Positions 1 through 7,912 of a stretch of DNA of 64,000 bases are shown here, piece by piece; within the stretch, counting starts at the first letter, position 1, and each line of letters begins with the position of its first letter. Source of the stretch: Gammaproteobacteria bacterium. Its GTDB lineage: Bacteria > Pseudomonadota > Gammaproteobacteria > UBA9339. The DNA lies in the NCBI GenBank assembly GCA_016936855.1, contig JAFGXA010000053.1, forward strand, positions 41,620 to 105,619, given 5' to 3'. Below the pieces are notes generated by a model. It searched no databases. It was not told where the DNA came from and saw nothing but the letters and a program-made list of their open reading frames with translations. The position numbers and the translations under genes were made by a program.

Positions 1-1
1 T

Positions 2-844
2 AAATTTGATCTTGGTGAGGCTCGCGTGGTTGCGCTAGATTTGGATGAGGTTGCAAAGAGTGGCGGGGACGCCGCCAACAGACAGACAGCAGTTATGTAT
101 ATGCTGGCTCGTTATGTGTTAGTGCGGCATTATTATTTTAATGAGCAGGATTTGACAATAGTACCTGAGGCATATCGCTCCTATCATGAGCATATGGTTG
201 CTGAAATGCGAGAGGATCCCAAGCGTATAGTGTTTGATGAGTTTCATCGTACAGCAAAAACGGCTGCGGTGCGTGAGCAGGTGGTTTCTGATATGCGCGA
301 AGGTCGTAAGTGGAATGTGCAGGTGGCTCTTATTTCGCAATCATTAGATGATTTTGATTCGGTTATGGTAGAGTTTGCGACTTCCATATTTATTATGGAT
401 GCAGGTCCAGAGCAAATGTTACGCAAAACTACTGAAATTTTTGGATTATCCCCGACGGCGCAACATGCTTTGCGCAATCGCGTGCATGGTCCTCGTGCAG
501 GTGGTGGTACTTTTTTAGCGCAATTTGCTACCAAAGAAGGAATGAATACTCAGCTTTTAACCTTGACCTTAGGTCCTGTGGAGTTATGGGCGTTTTCTAC
601 TACTGCAGAAGATGCAAATTTACGTAACCAGTTATATCATAGAATTGGCCCGAAAGAGGCAAGACGTGTTCTGGCTACTCTCTTTAGTTCTGGATCTGCA
701 AACTCTTATTTAGCTGAAAAGCTTGTTGCGCTTAAAGAAGAAGAGGGTTATATAAACGAAGAGATTAAGTTGAGTGCAATAAATCAGTTGGTTTATGATA
801 TTTTGACCAAATACTCAGAAAATCCAAACTTCAAACATTTATAA
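2..844 (+). CDS. icmB: Dot/Icm type IVB secretion ATPase IcmB/DotO, C-terminal fragment (5' end lies outside the window)
   Basis: The frame is open from nt 2 with no start codon in the window and stops at 842-844. It has VirB4/TraU-like C-terminal NTPase motifs (RIVFDEFHRTAK Walker-B-like, NVQVALISQSLDDF). The IcmB/DotO assignment is from memory and cannot be verified here. Confidence 0.6.
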   Translation, partial: KFDLGEARVVALDLDEVAKSGGDAANRQTAVMYMLARYVLVRHYYFNEQDLTIVPEAYRSYHEHMVAEMREDPKRIVFDEFHRTAKTAAVREQVVSDMREGRKWNVQVALISQSLDDFDSVMVEFATSIFIMDAGPEQMLRKTTEIFGLSPTAQHALRNRVHGPRAGGGTFLAQFATKEGMNTQLLTLTLGPVELWAFSTTAEDANLRNQLYHRIGPKEARRVLATLFSSGSANSYLAEKLVALKEEEGYINEEIKLSAINQLVYDILTKYSENPNFKHL

Positions 845-852
845 GTTAAGTT

Positions 853-1635
853 ATGAATTCAATTGTTAAAGAAAAATTTAAGGCGCGAGGCATATATTTA
901 TTGCCTAATTTTTTTACCTTGAGCGCCATGTTTGCTGGCTTTTATGCAATTATTGCTAATATTAGCGGTATGTTTGAGCAAGCGGCGATGGCTATTTTTA
1001 TTGCTATGCTGTTAGATAGTTTAGATGGTAGAGTAGCACGCCTTACTAATACACAAACCGCCTTTGGTGCAGAGTTTGATAGTTTGTCTGATGCGGTTTC
1101 TTTTGGGGTTGCTCCAGCACTGTTGGTTTATCATTGGCAGTTGTTTCGTTTGGGTAAGCTAGGGTGGTTGTTGGCTTTTCTTTACGTTGCTGCTGTTGTT
1201 TTGCGTTTAGCTCGTTTTAATACGCAACTAGCCAAAGTTGGTAAACGTTATTTTCAAGGTTTACCTTGTCCAGCTCCAGCTGGTGTGATCGCGGGTTTAG
1301 TTTGGGTCGCTAGCGATTTTAGTTTCAATGGTTGGTTAATTTGTGCCCTTGCTGCAATGTTGACCTTGTTTTTAGCTGTCTGTATGGTTAGTAATGTTCG
1401 TTACAGAAGCTTTAAAGATTTTGATTTGCGGAATAATGTTTCTTTTTTGACTATGCTTTTGGTGGTATTAATTCTGTTTTTTTTATCATTAGATCCTTCA
1501 AAAATACTCTTTGCCTTATTTGCGGTTTATGCTTTTTCAGGGCCAATTATGACTTTGTGGGAGCGACATAAAAAACTTAAAGTTAGGCGGATTCGCAGAA
1601 AACGAAAAAATACTGCAAGCGATATAGATGGCTAA
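853..1635 (+). CDS. pssA: CDP-diacylglycerol--serine O-phosphatidyltransferase (small, type II PssA)
   Basis: 260-aa polytopic membrane protein with the complete CDP-alcohol phosphatidyltransferase motif DSLDGRVARLTNTQTAFGAEFDSLSD (DGx2ARx8Gx3Dx3D). Confidence 0.8.
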   Translation: MNSIVKEKFKARGIYLLPNFFTLSAMFAGFYAIIANISGMFEQAAMAIFIAMLLDSLDGRVARLTNTQTAFGAEFDSLSDAVSFGVAPALLVYHWQLFRLGKLGWLLAFLYVAAVVLRLARFNTQLAKVGKRYFQGLPCPAPAGVIAGLVWVASDFSFNGWLICALAAMLTLFLAVCMVSNVRYRSFKDFDLRNNVSFLTMLLVVLILFFLSLDPSKILFALFAVYAFSGPIMTLWERHKKLKVRRIRRKRKNTASDIDG

Positions 1636-2491
1636 AAGAATTCAAATAGATAAAATTAAGCAGGAATTGATTGGTGAGATTTTACTAAAGCGTGAGCTTT
1701 TATCTCGGCGAAATATTACTCCTCGTATGGCAATTGTTGGTGCACTGGCAACGCCTGCCATTCAGCACTATGCAAAAGCCAAAGAAAAAGTTGCTAAAGA
1801 ATTCGACATAAAATTAGACATTATTGATTTGGCGAATAATGTTTCAGATAGTTCTTTAATTAAAATTCTAAATGAATTAAAAAATGATGAAAAGATTCAC
1901 GGTATTTTTACTGAACTTCCATTTCCTAGCCATATAAATACAGAAAAAGTTTTGAGTACTATTCCGTTCGAAAAAGATGTTGAAGGAATTGGGGTCTTTA
2001 ATTTGGGGATGTTGTTTGCTAATTCCCGGCAATTTGTCGTTCGGCCAACTACAGCTTATGCTTGTATAAATCTTATAGAATCTATAACCGAAGTTAAAGG
2101 GAAGACGGTTGTAATCATTGGTGTTGGTAGAGTTGTTGGTAGGCCACTTTTAGCTTTGCTGTTAAATCTTGGTGCTACGGTTATTTGTTGTGATAAATTT
2201 TCAAGTAATGTAGATATGCTAGCTAAAGATGCTAATATAATTGTGTCAGCTGCGGGTTGTGTTAATGATGTGATGCAAGATGAGACTATCGTAGCAAATA
2301 AGATTGTTATCGATGTTGGTATGGGTGTCGATAATAATGGCGAAATAGTTGGTGATTTTTCTGAGGAAATACGAGAAGCTGCCAGCTATTACGCAACAGG
2401 TAGAAATGAAGTTGGAAAATTAACAACGCATATCTTATTTTTAAATTTATTGAAACTTATTGAGAAGAATTGTATTGATGCAAAAAAATGA
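1628..2491 (+). CDS. Divergent FolD-like methylenetetrahydrofolate dehydrogenase/cyclohydrolase paralogue
   Basis: 287 aa, colinear and gap-free by eye with E. coli FolD: HGIFTELPFPSHINTEKVLSTIPFEKDVEGIG against [32 protein letters not shown], and the Rossmann segment VVIIGVGRVVGRPLLALLL. Several normally invariant residues are substituted (see findings). The ATG overlaps the pssA stop by 8 nt. Confidence 0.7.
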   Translation: MAKRIQIDKIKQELIGEILLKRELLSRRNITPRMAIVGALATPAIQHYAKAKEKVAKEFDIKLDIIDLANNVSDSSLIKILNELKNDEKIHGIFTELPFPSHINTEKVLSTIPFEKDVEGIGVFNLGMLFANSRQFVVRPTTAYACINLIESITEVKGKTVVIIGVGRVVGRPLLALLLNLGATVICCDKFSSNVDMLAKDANIIVSAAGCVNDVMQDETIVANKIVIDVGMGVDNNGEIVGDFSEEIREAASYYATGRNEVGKLTTHILFLNLLKLIEKNCIDAKK

Positions 2492-3089
2492 TTTCTGGTC
2501 TATGACTTTGTCTGAGTTGTTAACAAAAACTAAAAGCGCAAATTCAGTGCCTGGTGGCGGTGCTATTGCTGCCATGGTTGCTAACTTTGGTTTGGCATTA
2601 ATTATTATGGCTTTAAAAGTAACCATGCAAAAATCCGGTTCAGAATCCAGTGATCTAGCAAATTATTTAAGCAAACTAGAAAAATTATCAGAAAAACTAA
2701 AGCTACTTCCCGAAAAGGATATGCATAGCTTTGACGCTTTTATGCAAATTTACAGAATCAATAAATCAGCAACTGATTCCAAAAATCTAATAGAGGCGGC
2801 TACTGCTTTGGTAAATGATACTATTTTAATAGCAACAGAAATTTGTGCTGTAGTTGATCTTCTAGATGAGTTTTACCAGAAAATTCACAATAGCATTATA
2901 GCAGATGTCGCCTCTGGTCTTTATTTGCTAGAAGCTGCGCTAAAATCTACCATGCTAAATTATGCAGAAAATTGCAAAATAGCTGAGAAAAAATGTGGAA
3001 TTATTTTCGAAACAAAAGAAGCCCTAGTAAAGCCAACATCCGCTAAATTCGGCGAAATTCACACATATATACAAAATATTCTGAATTGA
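2478..3089 (+). CDS. Cyclodeaminase/cyclohydrolase family protein (FTCD C-terminal / FchA-like)
   Basis: The N-terminal signature LSELLTKTKSANSVPGGGAIAAMVANFGLALIIMALKVT is typical of the FTCD_C/methenyl-THF cyclohydrolase family, and the rest is all-helical. The start is ambiguous (TTG 2460, ATG 2478, ATG 2502). Either of the first two overlaps the end of the folD-like gene. Confidence 0.65.
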   Translation: MQKNDFWSMTLSELLTKTKSANSVPGGGAIAAMVANFGLALIIMALKVTMQKSGSESSDLANYLSKLEKLSEKLKLLPEKDMHSFDAFMQIYRINKSATDSKNLIEAATALVNDTILIATEICAVVDLLDEFYQKIHNSIIADVASGLYLLEAALKSTMLNYAENCKIAEKKCGIIFETKEALVKPTSAKFGEIHTYIQNILN

Positions 3090-3106
3090 GTTTTGACGAT
3101 CCTTCT

Positions 3107-3922
3107 TTATGGTCTATATTTATTATCGCCCTCATCTTTTTTTGCAGTGGAGCGAATCGGTGTTGATTTTGACTTTTTTAGTGTGTTGTCGTCATATTGC
3201 TTAATAAATTCGAGATTTTTTAAGTATATTTCAAAAATATTTTCATATTCTTCTTCTTTATCAGGGGTTATTGTAATAACATCACTTTCACTTTGCGGTG
3301 GTCGTAATATGAAATTAAAATAATCGCATACGGTCAGTATGTCATCTTGCTCAACTAGTCTTGCTAAAAAAGGCTTGCATAAAACTGTAGTTAACATTTC
3401 TTCATTACTTTTTGACAAATCCCACAGTAAATATATTTCGCCAGTGATAACTATTTTTAGTGGCAAGTCAGTGCCTAGTCTTGGTATCAAAAGAGTTGGG
3501 TTGTGTATTATACTGACTATTAAGTCTTTGTTATCTTCATTGATAAATATGCTGCACGATTGCTCAGCATTCATTGGGATAATCAGGCTTAAAGGGCCTA
3601 CAGTATATTGAGATTGGTGAATATAGTTTTGGATAAAGTTTTCACCAATCATCGAAGTTGTTAATTGTTCGTTTTCTAGCTGTATTGATTTAATATTTCT
3701 TTGATCAGTCGTTTCTATATGGGCTAAAAAAAAGCATGTTGTTTGGAAGCGATTTTTGTCTTTATCGAATTGAGCTTCGTTATCTTCCGCAGAATTATCG
3801 TCTAGTCCTAATTTTTCTCTTACGATGTTACATACATCGATATAGTTGTCAAATCTTGGTTGTCCAGTGGCTATTGTATCGAAATGGTAGTGTAGTATTA
3901 ATTGGCGCGTTCCTTCATCCAT
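3107..3922 (-). CDS. Hypothetical protein (271 aa), downstream partner of csrA
   Basis: Long ORF with a strong SD (AGGAGG, rc of 3929-3934) 6 nt before the ATG, beginning 35 nt after the csrA stop on the same strand. No motif recognised. The middle is acidic and the C-terminus is K/S/T-rich. Confidence 0.6.
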   Translation of the reverse strand: MDEGTRQLILHYHFDTIATGQPRFDNYIDVCNIVREKLGLDDNSAEDNEAQFDKDKNRFQTTCFFLAHIETTDQRNIKSIQLENEQLTTSMIGENFIQNYIHQSQYTVGPLSLIIPMNAEQSCSIFINEDNKDLIVSIIHNPTLLIPRLGTDLPLKIVITGEIYLLWDLSKSNEEMLTTVLCKPFLARLVEQDDILTVCDYFNFILRPPQSESDVITITPDKEEEYENIFEIYLKNLEFIKQYDDNTLKKSKSTPIRSTAKKDEGDNKYRP

Positions 3923-3957
3923 GATATACCTCCTAATAAAACAATGTTTTTTAGGGT

Positions 3958-4158
3958 TTAGTTTGAGATTGTTTCATCATCTTTTTTTTGTTTTTGATCT
4001 TTCGAAATGCGTTGATAGATTTCTTCTCTATGTACGCTTACGTCTTTAGGAGCTTCCACGCCTAATTTTATTTGGCTATTCCTTATTTCTAGGATTTTGA
4101 TCTTGACGTTATCGTTGATAACTATGCTCTCTCCTATTCTTCTGGTTAGTATCAGCAT
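3958..4158 (-). CDS. csrA: Carbon storage regulator CsrA
   Basis: [51 protein letters not shown] is near-identical in pattern to E. coli CsrA (MLILTRRVGETL...[10 protein letters not shown]). I place the start at the internal ATG at 4156-4158 rather than the ORF-track start at 4200. Confidence 0.9.
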   Translation of the reverse strand: MLILTRRIGESIVINDNVKIKILEIRNSQIKLGVEAPKDVSVHREEIYQRISKDQKQKKDDETISN

Positions 4159-4200
4159 AACCCATTTCTCCATGATCCTTGTTTCTAAAACTCCAATCAT
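4159..4200 (-). promoter_or_regulatory. csrA 5' leader with three GGA motifs (candidate CsrA autoregulatory sites)
   Basis: Read on the minus strand, the 40 nt before the csrA ATG are UUGGAGUUUUAGAAACAAGGAUCAUGGAGAAAUGGGUU. GGA occurs at the rc of 4192-4194, 4176-4178 and 4169-4171, the last inside the SD region. Confidence 0.35.
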
Positions 4201-4266
4201 TTTACAAAATGGTGCAGATAATGTACACCAATAATTGGATTTGCTAGAATCTATCGAGGTTTTTTT

Positions 4267-5211
4267 ATGAGCTTAAAAGTTATTTTTGCCGGAACTCCAG
4301 ATTTTGCACTACCTGCGCTGCAGAAACTATTAGATTCTGAACATAAGGTTTTAGCGGTTTATACCCAACCAGATCGACCTGCGGGTCGAGGTCTCAGATT
4401 ATTGTATTCTCCTGTAAAAAAATTAGCACTAGAGCATAGTCTTATCGTTAAGCAGCCAGCTTCTTTGAAAACAGAATCTGTACAAAAAGAAATGAAGAGC
4501 TGGCAAGCTGATATTATGGTTGATGTTGCTTATGGGCTTTTTTTGCCAAAAGAAGTATTTGATAGTTTTCATTATGGCTGCATCAACATTCACCCTTCTC
4601 TTTTGCCGAGATGGCGTGGGGCTTCTCCTATACAGCAAGCAATTATTGCTGGTGATAAAACAACAGGCATGACTATTATGCAGGTTGATGAGGGTTGGGA
4701 TACAGGTCCTATTTTGAAACAACAAGAAGTGAAAATTGGGGCAAGCGACACGGCGGCAAGTATGCACGATAAGTTGGCGCATTTAGGTGCTGAAATGGTA
4801 CTCGAAGTTATGAATAAACTTGAAAATGATGAAATCAGAGTAATTCCTCAAGCTGAAGAGGGTGCCACGTATGCAAATAAAATAACCAAGGAAGATGCTA
4901 ACATTAATTGGAGCGAAGATGCAGAATTGATCGCCAGGAAAGTGCGCGCATTTAATTCGTGGCCAGTGGCTTTTAGTAAGCTTGGTGAATATCTTGTGCG
5001 TATTTGGAAAGCTGAAGCAAAATTAGGAAGAAGTGATTGTAAGCCCGGGGTTATTGTTGCACAAAGTAAAGATAGTATTGATGTTGCAACTGGAAGTGGT
5101 ATATTAACTATTTTTGAATTACAGCTGCCAGGTAAGCGAGTGACGAGTGCTTTGGATTTGCTAAATTCAAAAGCCGATTTATTTAAAGTTGGAGCGCAAT
5201 TCCATGCCTAG
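4267..5211 (+). CDS. fmt: Methionyl-tRNA formyltransferase
   Basis: 314 aa. It has the N-terminal [12 protein letters not shown], the [15 protein letters not shown] formyltransferase motif, and a full-length match in pattern to Fmt. Confidence 0.9.
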   Translation: MSLKVIFAGTPDFALPALQKLLDSEHKVLAVYTQPDRPAGRGLRLLYSPVKKLALEHSLIVKQPASLKTESVQKEMKSWQADIMVDVAYGLFLPKEVFDSFHYGCINIHPSLLPRWRGASPIQQAIIAGDKTTGMTIMQVDEGWDTGPILKQQEVKIGASDTAASMHDKLAHLGAEMVLEVMNKLENDEIRVIPQAEEGATYANKITKEDANINWSEDAELIARKVRAFNSWPVAFSKLGEYLVRIWKAEAKLGRSDCKPGVIVAQSKDSIDVATGSGILTIFELQLPGKRVTSALDLLNSKADLFKVGAQFHA

Positions 5212-5731
5212 GGATTATGCAAAAAGAGTAAACAGTAAAAAGAAAAATAACCGGAAAAAGTCCGCTGGGAAACGACGTGTCAAAATTAAAATTCGTTGGA
5301 AGATGTGGCTTGTAACTCTTATTGCAATTACTTGTTTCGCTTTTCTGTTGCATTTATTAAGCAGACACCATGAGGTTAAGCTTAAGCCAGTAGTTAAAAT
5401 AAAGAAGCCTGTTTTGCACAAACACAAGGCTGTTCATTTTGATTTCTATACTATTTTAAAAGATGAGAAGGTGCCGGTTAATACAGCACCTATTAGTAAT
5501 AATAGATATTTTTTACAGGTTGCCTCTTTTAAAAGCAATGCTGAGGCGGATCGATTAAAAGCTGAATTAGCGTTGTTGGGTTTTGATGCGAATATAGAAC
5601 AGATAACAGAGGGGGGTGAGCTTTGGAGTAGGGTTAGTGTTGGTCCCTATTCAACTAAATCAGCAGCACTCGCCGATAAAGAAAACCTTGTGAAAAATAA
5701 CATCGATAGTGTTTTAAAGGTTATCGATTGA
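5204..5731 (+). CDS. FtsN-like SPOR-domain cell division protein
   Basis: The basic N-terminus [19 protein letters not shown] resembles FtsN (RDYVRR...RRKK). One TM helix is followed by a C-terminal SPOR domain (YFLQVASFKSNAEADRLKAELALLGF...WSRVSVGPYSTKSAA). The ATG at 5204 overlaps the fmt stop. Confidence 0.7.
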   Translation: MPRDYAKRVNSKKKNNRKKSAGKRRVKIKIRWKMWLVTLIAITCFAFLLHLLSRHHEVKLKPVVKIKKPVLHKHKAVHFDFYTILKDEKVPVNTAPISNNRYFLQVASFKSNAEADRLKAELALLGFDANIEQITEGGELWSRVSVGPYSTKSAALADKENLVKNNIDSVLKVID

Positions 5732-5735
5732 GTTC

Positions 5736-6377
5736 TTATGTTTTTGCAATGCACCAAATATCAATCTTGTAATCTCCTGTTTTGGCAATGGCTTTAGCAA
5801 GTTCGCTTACAGTCGAGCCTGTTGTCACAACATCGTCAACAATAGCAATGTGTTTACCATGAATCGGTTTTTTGACAATAAACGCATTTTTAATATTTCC
5901 TGATCTCTTTGTGGCGGAGAGCGATGACTGCGCCAAGGTGTTTTTGTTTCTTTTGCAACTTATAGTGTCTATTTTTATATTTAATTGTTTTGCAATTGGG
6001 CATGAGATTTCTAGGGCTTGGTTGTACCCTCGTTCTTTCAGGCGCTTTTTGTGCAGTGGTACAGGGATTATTAAATTTGGATAAGCGTCTTTTGTGTAAG
6101 ATGCTCTGATTTTTTTCATTAAAAGGGTCCCCAATATTTCAGCATAAATAAGTTTTTTATTAAATTTGAGTTTGGTAATTAGGTGGTCTATTGGCTCTTG
6201 GTAAGCAAAAAGAGCAACAAACTTATTTATACTTACATTGTGAATAAATATATTTTCTTTGTATGGCAACTCATGCTCACATTTTTTACATAAATCAAAA
6301 TCGCGTTTAGTTCTTTGTCCGCACAGAATGCAGTAACCAGGAAATAAGTGGAATGATAGTTTTTTTATGATGTTCAT
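5736..6377 (-). CDS. ComF family protein (phosphoribosyltransferase-like)
   Basis: N-terminal Cys pairs (CILCG...CKKC) and the C-terminal PRTase motif IAIVDDVVTTGSTV. Confidence 0.8.
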   Translation of the reverse strand: MNIIKKLSFHLFPGYCILCGQRTKRDFDLCKKCEHELPYKENIFIHNVSINKFVALFAYQEPIDHLITKLKFNKKLIYAEILGTLLMKKIRASYTKDAYPNLIIPVPLHKKRLKERGYNQALEISCPIAKQLNIKIDTISCKRNKNTLAQSSLSATKRSGNIKNAFIVKKPIHGKHIAIVDDVVTTGSTVSELAKAIAKTGDYKIDIWCIAKT

Positions 6378-6487
6378 TTGAAACGTTTATTATAAGTCGG
6401 TGCGCAATGTGGTAACATACGGTTGAAAATACCAGGATTGATGCTTTAATATGAACCTCTTAAATTTGTTATTATCGGAGAACGTCC

Positions 6488-7879
6488 ATGCAAGTAAGAA
6501 CTCGCTTTGCTCCTAGCCCTACTGGCTATTTACACATCGGTGGTGTGCGTACTGCTCTTTTTTCTTGGGCCTATGCTAAAAGGTATGGTGGCAAGTTTAT
6601 TTTAAGGATAGAGGATACCGATTTAGAGCGATCTAATGCAGAGTCAGTGCAGACTATTTTGGGTGGTATGAAATGGCTAAATTTGGATTGGGATGAGGGA
6701 CCATTTTATCAAATGGAGCGCATGGAGCGTTATAAGCAAGTAATACAACAGTTGCTTGATGAAGATAAAGCCTACAAATGTTATTGTTCTAAAGATCGTT
6801 TGCAAGATTTGCGTGAAAAACAGATGGAGCAAAAAATAAAACCGAAATATGATGGTTTGTGTCGCACAAAAGATCCAAAAGACCCGAATCGGCCCTATGT
6901 CATTAGGTTTAAAAATCCACAAGAAGGAGAAGTTGTATTTCAGGATGCGGTACAGGGTGAAATTCGTATTAAAAACTCTGAACTTGATGACTTAATTATT
7001 GCTCGTAGCGATGGTACGCCAACTTACAATTTTACAGTGGTGGTGGATGATATGGATATGCGCATGACTCATGTGATACGTGGTGCTGATCATATAAATA
7101 ATACTCCGCGCCAAATCAACTTGTTGAGGGCCTTGGGATATGAGCCGCCGGTATACGCACACGTGCCGATGATCTTAGATGTTGATGGTCGAAAATTATC
7201 TAAAAGACATGGAGCTGCTAGCGTTCTTGAGTATAAAGACGAAGGCTATTTGCCTGAAGCTGTTATTAACTATTTGGTTCGTCTTGGTTGGTCTCATGGT
7301 GATCAAGAAATTTTTAGCATGGATGAGATTGTTGAATATTTTGAGATAAGTAGAGTGAATAGGGCGGCAGCATCGTTGAATCCAGATAAGTTAAATTGGT
7401 TGAATCAGCATTATATGAAGACGCTTGATCCGTATTATGTTGCTGAAGCGTTATTGCCACATTTGGAGGAATTAGCTATTGATGTAAAAAATGGACCAGA
7501 TATAACCAAGGTGATTGCAGTGCTAGCCGAGCGTAGTCATACTCTAAAGGAATTGGCTGAGAAAAGTAGTTGTTTTTATAAAGATATTACAGAGTATAGC
7601 GACAAAGCCAAAAAGCAATTGGTTGCAAAAAATGTTGAACCATTAGCAGCTGTTAAAGAAAGATTGAAGAGTTTAACCAATTGGGAAAAAGAGTCAATTC
7701 ATGCGGTTATTGTTCAAGTGGCAGAAGAGCTTGATATGAAATTAGGTAAAGTGGCCCAACCAATTCGAGCGGCAATAACTGGAGATGTTGTGTCTCCCCC
7801 AATTGATATAACGTTAGAGTTAATTGGTCAAAAGCGTTCTATTGATAGAATAGAACAGGCACTTTTGAAAGTAATGTAA
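6488..7879 (+). CDS. gltX: Glutamate--tRNA ligase
   Basis: RFAPSPTGYLHIGGVRTALF (HIGH) and KLSKRHG (KMSKS), 463 aa. Confidence 0.95.
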   Translation: MQVRTRFAPSPTGYLHIGGVRTALFSWAYAKRYGGKFILRIEDTDLERSNAESVQTILGGMKWLNLDWDEGPFYQMERMERYKQVIQQLLDEDKAYKCYCSKDRLQDLREKQMEQKIKPKYDGLCRTKDPKDPNRPYVIRFKNPQEGEVVFQDAVQGEIRIKNSELDDLIIARSDGTPTYNFTVVVDDMDMRMTHVIRGADHINNTPRQINLLRALGYEPPVYAHVPMILDVDGRKLSKRHGAASVLEYKDEGYLPEAVINYLVRLGWSHGDQEIFSMDEIVEYFEISRVNRAAASLNPDKLNWLNQHYMKTLDPYYVAEALLPHLEELAIDVKNGPDITKVIAVLAERSHTLKELAEKSSCFYKDITEYSDKAKKQLVAKNVEPLAAVKERLKSLTNWEKESIHAVIVQVAEELDMKLGKVAQPIRAAITGDVVSPPIDITLELIGQKRSIDRIEQALLKVM

Positions 7880-7912
7880 CCATACATCATGTCAGAATGA
7901 TATTTCGGTGGG

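Noticed and set aside
3093-3924. Three plus-strand ORFs (3093-3323, 3339-3611, 3736-3924) opposite orf271
   Set aside because: They are short, fragmented across frames and hydrophobic or low-complexity. The single 271-aa minus-strand ORF with a strong SD explains the region better.
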